A stretch of 63,977 bases of DNA, the filler included, from Blastocystis sp. subtype 4 (taxonomy: Eukaryota), in assembly GCF_000743755.1 (NCBI RefSeq). It is 5 parts of 5 records of this genome, joined end to end, with 100 filler letters (N's around TTAATTAATTAA, not from the genome) between each part and the next. Parts side by side here need not be neighbours in the genome. Positions count along the whole stretch, not along the records: positions 28,910 to 41,768 come from NW_014569257.1; positions 41,869 to 54,701 come from NW_014569256.1; 3 more parts are not named here. One strand, written 5' to 3'. The notes under the pieces are model-generated. The model searched no databases. It worked only from the letters and a program-made list of their open reading frames with translations, and had not been told where the DNA came from. Of the stretch, positions 39,675 to 54,801 are shown piece after piece (within the stretch, counting starts at the first letter, position 1; each line of letters opens with the position of its first letter). A program made the position numbers and the translations under genes.

Positions 39675-41322
39675 TTAATCCTCCTTCTTGGATGACGGTT
39701 TAGAGGGATTATCGTTAACAAGAGGTTCCGAAGGAGCTGGTTCTTCTGTTTGAACTTCCAAGGGTTGTTGTGTGGGTTGATCTGGAGTAAGTTCGGCCGT
39801 TTGTTCAGCAGTCGGTTCAACCACAGGTTCAGATACGGGCTCAGATACAGGTTCAGTAGTTGGTTCAGACACGGGCTCAGATACAGACTCAGCAGTCGAT
39901 TCAGTTACAGGCTCAGTAGTTGGCTCAGCAGTAGGTTCCAAAACCTTCTCTTCCACAGAAGCTACAGGAGTAACTCCAATTGTTTCAACTTGTTCCGAAT
40001 TTGTATTGGGTGTCTGTAAATTGCTCTTAGGATCTAGAATCATATTCATTTTTTCCATCCTACGCTTTACACCAATGCGTAGATTCACTTCTCGAGAAGT
40101 AATCAAAGAATAAGTATTATCCCAAACCAGAGTCAACACTCCAGCATCATCACATACAATCTCTCCTCTACAATCAATACTTCATTCATAACTCACATAT
40201 CATAACGACCATCTCCCTTCACACGATGAGCATCCTCTATCATACGAATTTCCTGAGTACCTTGGACATTGAGAACAACAGAGAAGCGAATGGTACTGTC
40301 ATCACAACAGAAACTCCACTTTACATAACTACCCTTCTAGACATCACACGACTTCTAAATAACAACAGTTACAGAAATGGGGTGCTCTCGAATCGATCCT
40401 GCACTAACAGTAATTTTCAACACCTTATCAGCCTGATCATCAAAGAGAGGCTTCTGAAGAGACAAGATATTATCTGGAATCTCTGCAGCGAATGACTGCG
40501 ACATGGAAGAATACACGAGGGCGAACAATTCGGAGAGACTGGTAACAGATTCAACGACAAATGTTCGATTGCCGGAGATCAAATCATTAAGAGCTTTTAT
40601 GATAGAATCACGCTCTTCGCTCTGCTTCTTTTTGTCCATCTCGATCGATGAAGTCAACTAGGAATGAAGAAAACAAGAGAATCATACCTTCTGGATTTGC
40701 TCCTTTGTCTGAGCGATCATCTCTGAATGAGTATCACCATGAGAGGCAATGAGATCTTCACGCGACTGTAATTGTTTCAACAGATCTTCGTCCTACAGTT
40801 AATTTAATCCTCCTTCCTTACATCTGTTATCATGGACTGTTTCTTATTGTACCCTGATACTCGTCCCTGGATATCATGAAGATTCTCACTTCGTTGTGCT
40901 ATTTCCGCACGAATTCCCATCAACTTCTCATTCTACACTTCATGTAGAAAACCGGAGCATACAACTTCAGGATACAGTTGTTCCTTAACAGCACCAATAC
41001 TGTAATAAAAGCGAGAAGCTTTTCCCCAGATATCAACAGAAAGACCTTTCTTTCCATTTCCATCATTCAGATGCTCCATATGTTTGAGAATACTACTGTT
41101 TGCATCTGCAAAGGATACAAGTTGCTTCTCCAACTCCTTTGTCATCGATGTCAGATTACTACCCATGATTACCTTCCGAAGAACTCCAAAGACCTACCTG
41201 AATGAGGAATCTTGTTTCTCTGCCTCCTTCACCAACTTGGCAATCTCTTCATCTGATTGAGAAACACCAGTTAACGTATTAATTGCAGCTTCTGCAAGAC
41301 TTCTTAGGTTAAATCCGAACAT
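39675..41322 (-). CDS. Protein with N-terminal helical region, GOLD-like domain and Pro/Glu/Thr-rich repeat tail
   Basis: LTLVWDNTYSLITSREV is typical of a GOLD C-terminus; EPVSEPTTEP repeats. Confidence 0.6.
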
Positions 41323-41768
41323 CTTGTGAATGATTGTGTGCTCACCGACTATTGCTATTCTATTGTAGATTCTTAGTACTAAATGGCGTTCTCTTGAACA
41401 GTATCCGTTATTCTTGCACTGAGAACCGTATTCCTTTTTTTGAATACTCTTCTCCTAGTTTCTGGGCACGATCTCTGATGTGTTCCGCAATATCAGAATC
41501 GTCATTCACTTCATCTTCCTTTTCCCCCTCTCTGTTCAACTCCTATTGGGGGCATCCTATTAACGTTCTGTTTCCTTTTGTGAGTGTTTTACAATAATTG
41601 TGTCACGTCTAACTTATCACAGAGGATGGACCCTAATTCATAATTGCGGTTCCAAAATAAAAGTAGTGACCGTATATCACACTTTGATTGGTGAAACGAA
41701 TCAATTATCCAATGAATTTGACGCACAATAGGAATTAGGGTCGGATCATGTCAATTATTAGGGTACTT

Positions 41769-41868
41769 NNNNNNNNNNNNNNNNNNNNNNNNNNNNNNNN
41801 NNNNNNNNNNNNTTAATTAATTAANNNNNNNNNNNNNNNNNNNNNNNNNNNNNNNNNNNNNNNNNNNN
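41769..41868. other. Artificial contig spacer
   Basis: N44-TTAATTAATTAA-N44. Confidence 0.97.
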
Positions 41869-41878
41869 GAATCATTCA

Positions 41879-42028
41879 ATGATTGTATTGAAAGGATTGA
41901 AAGGAGAAGAATTGAATGAAATGGATTTGAGTGAATTGGTTGAGAATGAGATTGTTGATTTGAATGAAGATGGAAGGAGATGGGAAGGAGAAGTATTAAA
42001 AGGAATGCAGAGAATAGTTACAACATGA
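41879..42028 (+). pseudogene. Fragment of a purine-rich, probably multicopy MORN-like gene family at a contig end
   Basis: Translates ...ENEIVDLNEDGRRWEGEVLKG then loses coherence; strongly G/A-skewed compared with its flanks. Confidence 0.3.
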
Positions 42029-42175
42029 TACGCAATTACTAATAATGCCAAGATCCATCCATCACATCTCCCAGTGTCATACAACAATATAACCCATTGT
42101 ACACAACTTAAACAAATTTCCAATAAAGTTATATTGACAGAACTGAAAGCGCGTACTTTCATTGTTTCCGCTCTA

Positions 42176-45100
42176 ATGGCTATCGATCCTGATTTTCAAT
42201 TAGGAAGGTTTGACATTACTACATTATTGATATTCTAGCATTATCCGGGTGGAAATGCACAACTTTATGACATATGGGGACGTAGTGTTTAATGCTAGTC
42301 CTCGATTAAATATTATTATTGGACAGAATGGATCTGGAAAAGTAGATATGTAGTTATCGTAATTATTACTTGTAGAGTACAATCGCTTGTGCCGTATGTC
42401 TAGCTCTTGGTGAAGATATAAAACTTCTTTTAAGAGGGAATAGACTCGAGGAGTTTATTAGATATGGAGAAAGAGAAGCTAGAGTCAAAGTGGGTTTTCT
42501 TTTGTGAAATCATTGCAGATGTTCCTTAAAGGAGAAACCAGTGTTATCAGTGTCGAAGTGAGAATCCGACAGGGAGTTACTGACTATTATATCAATAACA
42601 AACCCCAAAAGAAGGAGAAATTGAAAGAACTCAGAAGAGTACTCAAGATTGATCTGAACAACTTGTGTCAGTTCCTTCCTCAAGATCGAGTTGCTGATTT
42701 CGTCAGTCAGACTCCACAAAAGCGTCTTCGTGAGTTTGAAAAGTCAGTTGGTGGAGAATCCTTTGTCATTTTCTGTAGCAGGGATGATTCCTAGTTCAAT
42801 ACACATACCGAACTTATCAATATACAACAGCAGCAGCGTTCAAACGAAAATGAAATCGCCCGTAAAGAACAGAAAATAACGATAGAAGAAGAGATCAACA
42901 GTACTCTTCGTCGTGAGAAAGATAAACTAGAAAAGCAACAGAAACTCAAAGAAGAAGTAGATCTGAAAGATTCTTCTTATGTAGAACCGTTTGCTGGAAT
43001 TGCATGTCAAGATGGTAACGTATGATACAAAAACAAAAACTGCTCGAGAATTGAAAGAGGAGATTTCTGGGCTTAAGAAGAAGATAAAGGTAATAGATGC
43101 AGAAGATCGAGATCTTCGTCTTCGAATCACTGCATTCAAAACCTCACTTGAAAAGATGAATACAATGTCCGTTTCATTGAGATGGATGAAAAGTAGACTG
43201 AGTCAAAGTCGAGAGAAGGGTGGACGTTTGGAAAGTGATTATGATGAAAAGAAGGAAGTTTATCGTAGACTGATATTTGAGGTAGGAGAAAGACAAAGAA
43301 TACAAACTAGTTTCAACGTGCTGAAAAGATGCTTAAGAGTATTGAAGACAATCGTCGTGAATTGAAGACTAAGGTACCATCTGATAGAGAGAATGATGAA
43401 TAGCTAAAACAGAAGCAGAAGTCATTACAACAACTCGAAGAGAACCTGGAGCAGATGGAAGATCCAGCCACCTTACGAGAACGAATGAATCAAGTGAATG
43501 CAGAAGTGATACGATTGAAAGAGAAGCGTGATGAGATTCAAGGACCATTGGAGGAAACACGAACTCATCGTCAGGAGTGCATGCACCAGAGACAATCCGT
43601 GGTGACAGTATTGAGAAAGTTGACAAATACAATGGAACAGCAATATCAGCACATCAAGAGAATTGATGAAGTGAGACTGAATGAGAAGAATGATAGATAG
43701 AATCTCTTCAAGGCGTTTCAGTGGGTCCAATCAAACAAATCTAGGTTTAAGCATGCTGTTTATGGACCTATTCTGAATGAAGTTCAGTTCAAGGAACGAT
43801 TGCACGCTCAGTGGTTTGAGAATACTACTTCCAGAAATGTCTTAACATCATTTGTTGTTGAGTGTTCTGAAGACTATGATTTCCTTCTTTCTGAATTACG
43901 TGAGAAACAAGGAATTCCAATTAACTGTATGTTAGCTGATGTAAGAATAGTTAGAGAGAATGAGTCACAGGATCAAATCATCATTCGTCCTATGTGGTCT
44001 GAAAGACGGATGAAAGAGATGCATTTCACGAATACACTTATGAATCTAGTAGAAGGGCCTGAGGCAGTTCGCCGAGCTCTTTACAACTATACTGCATTTC
44101 GGTTTATTGTTACTGCAGATGATAACTGGTCTCCTCCTTTACAGCTTAATCGACTTGATGAATCTGACAGTGATAATGATAATAATCTCATTGTTATGAC
44201 ACCTCATAGCCAGTAAGCCTTGTGAGATTAGTGTTATCTAGAATCCGTTTATATGTCTCTCGATATCGCAATGCAGTGACTGGTCAAAGAGATATGTCAA
44301 CACAAGTAGCATTGTTGAGAAATCTTTCCTATGTGATGTTTGGTGATAATGTTAATGAGGAGAAAATTGTAAGAGAATGAGGAGGAATACATGATTAGAA
44401 TGAAAACAGGAAGAAACTTAGCGACTTCGATCAACAACTAGCTCAGCTTGAACAAACTCAGAAGAGATATCTTGACGAAATGGAGAGAATGAATGAAGCA
44501 ATCAATGGATTGGAAGAAAAACGAAAACAGTATGATCAACAGAAGCATGATCGTATTAAGACACAACATTTGATCAAATCTACCAAAGAAGAGGTTATAA
44601 TGAGTCTGATTGATCATAAGAATAGATTGACCGAATTCAGCAGGATTTGGATCGTGATACAAATGAAGACAAACAGAAGTTCGTGAACGAAATGAAGAGT
44701 TTCAATACAAAACGTCTTAAGACTCTTCAAGAACGTCGCTCCCTTCTCTATGAGATAATAGAGTTGTCTATTAGTAATGAGGTGATGACTCAACTAATCA
44801 AATCTCGCAGTGTCATCCTAGAGGATCTGAATCGAGAATGTGAAGAGAAATCAAAGCAAGTCAGATTGATCAAACAACAGAAGGAAGAGAAAGAGAAACA
44901 TCTAGCTGATATAAAGGCAGAATTGAAGGCCATGAAGGTAGAGAGAAGGAGAAATATTTACTTGTAGGAGTTTATCTATAATGAAAGTGGATTGTTTCGT
45001 TGTGGAAATAATCCTGATCCAACAGCTTTACGGTGTGTATGTCCTGGAGGCAGATGCGTGAAGAGTGTAAATGAGAGAAAGGATTTTGAGAAGTAGGAGA

Positions 45101-46030
45101 AGACGTCATTACTTCAAGCTGTTTTTGATAAGGCGTTTACAACTGATTTGGATGAGTGCAAGGCTATGTTACGTGTGAACAATGATAAAATAAGAGAGAT
45201 TCGAGTAAACACAAAGTCAATTGAAGAATATGAGAATCGTGAACAGAAGATCGAGCTCATGAAGAAGGAAATGGAAGAATTGAAGTAATAGAGACCATGA
45301 ATTGTAACTCATAGAACTCAAACTACTGCTTTAGTATCAAGAATTGCCCAGAAAGAAAAAGATTTCATGGAAACATTAGATCGACTTGTTTGTAAGTTGA
45401 ATGTGAGCTTCTCCTTGTACATGGATAATATCCAATGCAAAGGAGTCGTTGAGTTAATCAATGGAGATAGTTTCAATCTAACTGGATTGGATATCAAGGT
45501 GAGTTTCCGAAGAGATCAGGATCTTCAAAGTCTCAATGGAATGGTCCAGAGTGGTGGAGTTCATATTGATGTCCGTGATCATTCATAGGAGAAGTCCTTG
45601 TCAACAATTCTCTTCTTATTATCACTTCAAGAGATGGTTTCATTCCCATTCCGTTTTATTGATGAAGTGAGATACTGTGATTGGATTGATTATAGATCAA
45701 CCAGAATATGGACAAGCGTAATGAACGTTACGTGATGCAACAGCTCTTGTATAAGGGAAAATCTCATGGTTCACATGGTCCTCAGACATTTATTATCACT
45801 CCTAAGTTATTGACTGATTTCCCGTGAGTGATGATTAGTAGTTTGATTGTAGATTTGATGATGGAGTTACTTTTCATATTATCTTCCAAGGACAGTATTT
45901 ACCTGCTGGTTTTAGTTGGGATACAATGGTGCGTTATTATCGAAATCAAGGAAGGAGGAGATCATTACAGAACGAAGAAGAACCTCCATCAAAGCGTAAT
46001 AGAGTTGATGAAGACAGTGAAACAGAATAG
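42176..46030 (+). CDS. SMC5: Structural maintenance of chromosomes protein 5
   Basis: MHNFMTY, IIGQNGSGKS (Walker A), NLCQFLPQDRV, VYGP, QSGGEKS, PFRFIDEINQNMD, Q.FIITPKLL. Confidence 0.95.
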
Positions 46031-46042
46031 AAGCCTTATAAC

Positions 46043-46057
46043 TGTTTGAAACAAACA
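46043..46057. terminator. Bidirectional 3'-end element TGTTT-GAAAC-AAACA between SMC5 and MYST
   Basis: TGTTTGAA on + and TGTTTGTT on -, the latter 4 nt after the TA of the MYST stop. Confidence 0.65.
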
Positions 46058-46060
46058 CAT

Positions 46061-47408
<1,348 letters not shown>

Positions 47409-47488
47409 CCACGTGTTCTCAGAAGAAACGAATGAGAATAGTTACTGAAGAAAGATAGATATAGAAGTAAAAGAAGCACAAATCAGGT

Positions 47489-47561
47489 GCCACTGTAGTA
47501 TAGTTGGTCAGTACATCACGTTGTGGCCGTGATAACCCGTGTTCGAATCACGGCAGGGGCA
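47489..47561 (+). tRNA. tRNA-His(GTG)
   Basis: Cloverleaf with anticodon loop TTGTGGC, T-loop GTTCGAATC, discriminator A and a T-run after it; A4:G69 mismatch in the acceptor stem; no genomic G-1. Confidence 0.93.
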
Positions 47562-47571
47562 TTCTTTTTCT

Positions 47572-48924
47572 ATGTTTCGGGTGTTCTCTTCCATCCCTCA
47601 CTCTCTTTCTCACCATCCCTCCTTTATTTTCCGTTCATTTTCAAAACAGTAAGGGGAGTATGAATGGAATCAGGAGTAGAATACTCGGTTTGGATGATGA
47701 TTTCAGTTCTCTGACTCCAAGTGAAGAGAAGGATTTGTAGGGTGTTATTGTTGCAAGCAATCTCCGTAGAGAAGGCATTTATGAGAAACTAAACCGGATT
47801 GTTGACCATAAGTCGACTCACCATTACACTACACACGATCCAATTCCACCTGAGGTAGTTGAAGATGAACCATCGATCGCCTATCTTGTCAATGAGAAGC
47901 CGGTTGATTATTCTGTTGTGTGCTAATTGCATTGATAATAGTTAGACGTATGAGGGAAAACGATGTCTTTCAGTAGGGTTGTGTGGAGTTCCTAATGTTG
48001 GAAAAAGTACTCTATTGAATACACTTATCGGCGAAAAAGTGTCTGCCGTGAGTAATAAGCCAAACACTACACGATGTGCTATGTTGGGGATCCGGACAGT
48101 CGATAATGTCCAACTCGTCTTTTATGATACACCTGGGATTCTTTGGGGTGTGTCTACATCGAAATGGGAAGCAGAATGGTCTCAAGTTGCAGAAATGACG
48201 ATTCAGAAGCTAGATGCCATTGTTGCTGTTTGGATAGGAGGAAACTATAATATCTAGATGATTGATGCATCAAAACCACTCTCCTTGCTTAATCAAGAGG
48301 TGCTAAAGCGTCTTTGTACAGTGTCTTTTACCCATAATTCGTTACTCTATGTAGCGCTGAATAAGGTAGACTTAGTAGAACCGAAAATACAGTTGCTACA
48401 GTATTCCAACAAGATTTCGGAACTGATCTGGAAAACAAAGATATCACTGTTAAAATCGACAAATTCATTGTCATTAGATCAGAAGGAGTGGGAGAATGAA
48501 GATTTGTTTATGATCTCTGCTTTACAAAAGGATGGGACGGAAGATTTGCTTCAAGCGCTTTGCAAGAAGGCAAAACCAGGAGAATGGAAGTATGCTGAGA
48601 CGATTAAGAGTGATTTGAGTGACGACAAACGTGCCAATGAGATTGTGAGAGAGAAGGTATTCAAATATCTTAGCGGAAATGTTCCTTTCGATATGCAAAC
48701 GGAAGTGAAAGGATGGAAAGAAGAGAATGGTCTATCATCACTACAAGTAGAAATATCGGTAACACTATTGGGTCATATACAATATATAGGTGCAGAACAG
48801 TGAGGATTTGAAGAAGCTAGCTGCCATTCAACGGAAGTTGGAAAAGACAAGTGGACTCGAACTTACATCATTCCTTGGGAAAAAAGTTCGAGTTCAGATC
48901 CTTTTACAATCAAAAGAATCATGA
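47572..48924 (+). CDS. ERAL1: Era-like GTPase (ERAL1), probably targeted to the mitochondrion-related organelle
   Basis: Presequence-like [25 protein letters not shown], then intron 47649-47679; [40 protein letters not shown] (KH). Confidence 0.9.
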
Positions 48925-49018
48925 TATGTGCTATAGTACTTGTGTTTGAAACCAAACCGAAATGCCGTTTTATGGCTTCTTCACAAAAGACCATCCATTT
49001 CTATTGATAGTTGAATCA

Positions 49019-50389
49019 ATGGGAAAGAAGGCGAAGAAGAGTACCAAACAAGCATGGAAGAAGTCGGAAGCAGCAAAGGAGTATGAGGAAGCACTCAAAA
49101 CAGTGAAGGAAGATGAGAGAATTGCTAACGAAGCTTCCGATAAGTTGTTCTTTGTCGATACTACTGGTTTTTGTTGGATTCGAGGACATAACCGTTTAGG
49201 CTCAGACCGGCTTCGTAAGAAGATTTTTGAAGATGAGGTCGGTGAATCTATACCAAAAGAGGAAAGGAGGAAAGTGGACATGCTCAAGAAACAGTTAGAG
49301 AAGGTTGATTCTTTGTGTTTTTTCTGACCTGTAGAAGAAAGATGGGAATCCAAAAAAGAGACATTCCAAAGTTGCTACCTATGATCTATGGGAAGCAGAA
49401 GCTCCTAGTATGGGTTTACCTCGTTATTCTGATTCTTAGAGAAACTGGATTCTAAGAATTTCTTGAAACCATCTGATTTGGAAGTGTCTAACAAATCGAA
49501 GAAGACTGTATGTTGTCAAGAGGGTGTGTTACTTGTAGCCATACATCGTCAATAAACCAAACTCCTATCCTTCTGTTCCGATTCCACAACCAGGTACAAG
49601 TTACAATCCAGACCACGAGCAGCATCAAGATGTGTTGGGAGAAGCTTTAGCGAAAGAGTTAGAGTACGAAGCCCGTATTGAGAAAGAAAAGGAATTGCCA
49701 GGTGGAATAACAAAGCAAGAGCTGATGGATCAGAAACTGTCAAGTGATATATTAGCAGTTGTTCTGCGTATTGTATGTAAATTGTAGTCATCCTTACTAT
49801 TTGATGAAGAGGAAGATGTTCATATCAATGTACCTGAAGATGATGTTGAAGATGAACCATTGTATATTGGACCTACATCAGATAAAAGAATTCCAGCAGC
49901 CAAGCGTCGTCGTAGACAAGAAATGGATGAGGAACGCAGAGAGGCTGAGAAACGACGAAAAGAAAGGCAATTTTTGCATCAGGTGAATGAGTGAGGATGA
50001 GAAGAGAGAATGAAGTGTAGAAGTCACAAGATTGCTAAGAGTGTGGAAGAAGAAGAGAAAAAGAAGGAAGAGGAACGGTTACAGGAAGAAGAGTTCAAGA
50101 AACTGAAAGAGAAACAGGAGGTTCCTGCTATTATTCGAGGAGGCATGGCAGTATATCCTTGAGAGAGTGATGAATGAGTTACTTAACCTATACGAAGGAA
50201 GTACCCAAGGCTGAGCTCTTGTTTTCAGATGAAATCACGGGTAGTTTACGTACAATGAAAAATGTAACGTCTGCTGTAAAGGATCGTGCAGAGTCCATTG
50301 ATCGTCGTCATTTGTATCAAGCAGGTGGACCGAGGCCAGAGGAGAAGTATCGTTGGTTACGTATCAAAAAGGGAGTGTATCGTTTCTAA
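49019..50389 (+). CDS. NOP53: Ribosome biogenesis protein Nop53/GLTSCR2
   Basis: K.AWKK, LFFVDTTG (arch-interacting-motif-like), GTSYNP..E.HQ, SDEITGSLRTMK...KDR..S..RR. Confidence 0.85.
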
Positions 50390-50531
50390 GTTGTTTAGAT
50401 ATTTTGTTTGTTTGATGAGCCTTTTTTTGGCGCAATTTGGGTCAAGGATTGGGTCAACGAATACAAGTAATTCTTTTTGTACAGTCTTATTCTCCATTTT
50501 GGAAATCCTTGGTATACATTATCCCTGATTT

Positions 50532-53500
50532 ATGACAGAATTGACGCCATACTTCAGCGAAAGCAAGTATACCTTCAAGTACTCTATCGGAGATATTTTA
50601 TGTTCTGATATTCACAATGTTCCCGTAGTAGGAAATGAGGTTTCTAGCTTCACCTAGATTGCGCATGTTCGTTACAATTCTGTTGCTGATCACTTAAATA
50701 TTGTTCCCGGATCTATCATCTGTAAAATTGGAGACAGCGAATCCAATGTTTCCTACAAAGAATGTAACTCACTCCTTTCTTCAACATCTGGATATATTAC
50801 TCTACATTTGAAGCGTCTAATCCCTATGGTAATCATGATAAGAAGGGTTGATTCGTAGAACAAGATACTATTGAATCAGGATACGTCTATTTTGTTCTTC
50901 ACCATGAATACAAAAGTTGAACTTGATAATATGGAGATTCTCCAGGGGGAATTATACTTGACTGCTGATGGCCAGCTGGTTGTGTATGAGTAGATTTGTG
51001 GACTGAGACATAGACTCTATAACTCTCTGTCGCGTATCTTCGTTATTCGAGATGCTCCTATGATCCTCAACGAAGGATCCGTTCATTTTAACATTATTGG
51101 GGGAGGCTTTGTACGGATCTTTTTAGGAGATCAGTATACTCAATTCTGGCATTCTATCATTTATTGTCATTATCGCTTGTTACAATTGGCTCAGCATTCC
51201 AAAGTTGATTTGAACGAATCGACAAGAGAATCGGCGATTATTGTATTCAAAAGTGATGTTGAGGTGTATGAGAAGAAAGTAGCTCAATTGGTGAATTGGA
51301 AGAGTCGTGTGTATGTGAGAATGAATCTTTCATATTCAGATTATCACTCACAGATACAGGAACCTTCCAGCTTCATGTTCGAGCAAAACTCCACGATTCT
51401 TTTTCGCTCTCGAATCTAATTTTCTCCACAGTGGGTATGATACGATGGTTTCAATCTAGGATTATGATGATATTCTGGGGATTAAAAATACAGTCAACAA
51501 AGATCGTGTTTGTTGGGTTGGTGTTCTCTCCAAGACCAAAAAACGGGATGACAAGAAAATGGAGATATTTCTGATCCGATTTGCTGATGCTACATCTCTC
51601 TCTGTGTTTATCCAGTGTGTGAAGAATCTAGCAACAGAAACAGTCAGAACGACATATCGATTTGTTGATCATACTGCCATTTTACCCTTCGAAGCAGAAC
51701 CAGAAGAAGGTGAACTCTGTGAAGATGATACTCTTATTGAACAGATCTGTCATTTCGCTAATTGGCTTCGTACTTCATCAACACCTCGTTCTCATTCTAT
51801 GGATGAAACGGATTCATTTCAAGTGGACACTGGATCTCCATCTTCATCTCTCAAAGGATTCAATCCAATTCACTCTCCAGTGGTGGAACGTCACGGTCAC
51901 ACTCTCTTTGAATTGTCAAAACATCCATCCACAGTTCTCTCTAATCCCACACTTCTAACGACATTTTTGAATGAATTGAATGAAGATGGAGTAACTCAGA
52001 CGATGTGGGAGTTGATCATCTGTGATTTCTTCCCTCTGCTGGGTGATACGACTGTTGGACTCTCAATTTTCACTCTTCTCTGTTCAGTTGAGGATTGTTT
52101 CTCCTCTCATCCTGAAGGTGAGGAGCCTGTGTATATGATTGATGGTGATAATGGAGAAGTGTATGCCAAGTTCTTTGAAATGATTCGTGATCGTTATCGA
52201 AAACGGAAACAAAAGAGATCAGTGAAACGAGTGGAACACAATACCACTATTCCTTATGAGGTGTTAGAGGCATATATTCTGTTACTCCAGAAGGAAATGG
52301 AGAAGTCACTGAATCGACAAAATCGCTTACTAAATGCCTTAGGAAAATACAAAGAGAAACTCCAATTTGGAACCTTTGCTGTTGGGAAGAATGTGATATT
52401 GTTAGAAGAGAGTTCATTAGTAGGAGATTTTAGTTGCATACTGTTCTGTGGCTGAGATCACATCAAAAACCAATGGATTCTTGTATCTAACAAGTCGATG
52501 CATCTATTACCAAGTTAATGGTGATCTTGTATTGATTCCTCTATCACAGCATCTGTCATGTTCTGCCGTGAACAAAACTCTTCACATCTCATTCACGAAA
52601 TCTCTTGTCCTTCCAGAAACAAGCAAATTAGGTGATGTTTTACATGTGTCAGTAGATTTATCTGACACAAATGAAGTGGAAGTTTCATTGTCATTTCGAT
52701 TTCAACAAAAACTGTTGAAGAAGGATAATCATTCGTCCTTTGTTTTCTTTACGGCAGCTTTAACAGATCTCATCAAATTCTTTTCTATCACCAGTAATTC
52801 AACTTTCCACTTTTGTCCGTAGAGAACTCTTCTACTCTCTTTTCGGCTTCGGCAGATCGTGTGAAGTTAGTTTCGTATGCCTCACTGAATTTGTTCCGTG
52901 TTCGTGTTCTTCAAACCTTGACTTCGTCATTACCAAGTTCACTTCTTTTGACTCATATCGGAGAGAACAGTGAAGATCGGAGTTTCAGTTTCAATCCTCC
53001 ACAGCACTTAAATGGAATTGTAAATATATTTCAGGGATTTGTTCTTCCTTCCAAAGCGGAGAAGATGAATTCAAAAAATGATCAATTCGATTTGTATCTT
53101 AGCAAACGGGAAATTCTTTTATTTTTCATGTTAATAAAAAGGACATTTGCGTTATTTGCTATCTTCAAAGACATCACGATGTGGAGATTGAAAGGAGCAT
53201 CGATTCTAATTTTCGTAATTCTAAATTACATTGGGTTTTCAAATCGAATGAATCTATTCCTACCGTTTCTATTAGGCATCATCCTTGTATACATGTACTA
53301 TATGTATTTTCGTGTTCGTGACGATTCTGATGCAATTGAAACATGTATTAGAACTGGATAGAATGAACATTTAGTACAAGAAGAATTGAATGCAAGAAAT
53401 CAGGAACTGAAGAGTAATCGTGCCAAAGGTTTGAAGGGAGCTGTGAATTCTTACAAGAATTCTGTGACGAAATTCTATGACACCATTGTGAAGTTCAATG

Positions 53501-53829
53501 GTACTCTTCTTCGTATTCGATCGTGATAGTATTGATTCAAGTTCATGAATAGTCTGTTTACGTGGGTGGATGACAAGAAATCGGCCATCTTCATGGGAGT
53601 CTGTGCAGTCATCGCGTTTCTTCTTTATTTGGTACCGCCAAATGTCATTCTGCTATTTTTCACTTACTTCATCTTTTCTAAAGTGATAATTAAATGGTAC
53701 GATCATGAATAGAGATGGAGGAATCCAAAAAACCCTATCGCTAGAAACATTCGCAGTTTCTGGTATTCAATTCCACTCCCGGCCTTTTCTAAAGAACAAG
53801 CTATTTTAGAAGAATACTTCAGTGATTAA
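50532..53829 (+). CDS. Membrane-contact-type protein: PDZ-like N-terminus, GRAM/PH-like domain, C-terminal TM hairpins (GRAMD4/MCTP-like)
   Basis: NGFLYLTSRCIYY (GRAM-like); hydrophobic C-terminal segments with ...IRSLFTWVD and FWYSIP. Confidence 0.5.
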
Positions 53830-53983
53830 TGATTTTCTTCCTTCACTGACTTATGAATTGCTACCATCTATTGGATATTATGGAATGGTTCTACTGCTTG
53901 CTACGTGTTTGTTCGTAGAGAAATCCAAGATACTTGAAATTCCCGTGGAAGGGTTGCATGATCATGATTTCTTCAAACTACTA

Positions 53984-54701
53984 ATGTGGCGAAGAAAGAA
54001 AGTTGCGAAATCGGATGGACAAGAAGATATACAGGCGGCAGAAAGCAAGAAACCCGAGATTTGTACAAACTGTATAAAGCTGATGCAAGAGAATAGTCAG
54101 TTGAAAGAACAGCTTGCTGTTCTTCAGGGAGAGGGAAGAAAGAAGCAATATACCATTAATCCTACTCTTTATACTTTCTATAAGAATAATGTCCAAAAGA
54201 ACCGTATTTCAAGGTAGAGTGCTGACAGAAGGTTTCTTATCTCTAGAGCAGCAAGTCAGATAACGAGAGGTCTTCTTGATGTTGAAGAGGAGGAGGATAA
54301 GGGAGAATACAATGAAGAGATCATTACACAGTGTGCAAAACCGATGCCAAATACATTCTTTATGTCAGATGACTTCTTGGAAGCCTTTGAAAATCAATGT
54401 AATCAAGTTAGTAAGTATTGATTGTAAAATATTATTGATAGAGTACATATTCGGATCCGAACCTCGTTTACTAAAACTCAAGTCACCAGTCTACGTTTTT
54501 GGTGATTTCCACGGAAACATGGCGGATCTGATTGCCTTTTCCAAGCTATTGTGGCCTCTTGGTATGCACTTGACACCAGGAAGCTTTTTGTTCTTGGGCG
54601 ATTATGTCGATCGAGGTCAATATTCGATCGAAGTTTTATCTTATCTATTTGCCCAGAAGATCATGCTCCCTGATAAAGTGTTCATGCTTCGAGGAAACCA
54701 T
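53984..54701 (+). CDS. PPP-family Ser/Thr phosphatase, 5' part (start uncertain, truncated by spacer)
   Basis: GDFHG, FLGDYVDRG, LRGNH. Confidence 0.92.
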
Positions 54702-54801
54702 NNNNNNNNNNNNNNNNNNNNNNNNNNNNNNNNNNNNNNNNNNNNTTAATTAATTAANNNNNNNNNNNNNNNNNNNNNNNNNNNNNNNNNNNNNNNNNNN
54801 N
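54702..54801. other. Artificial contig spacer
   Basis: N44-TTAATTAATTAA-N44. Confidence 0.97.

Noticed and set aside
39790..39935. 12-bp-period repeats
   Set aside because: Coding EPxx repeats in a disordered protein tail.
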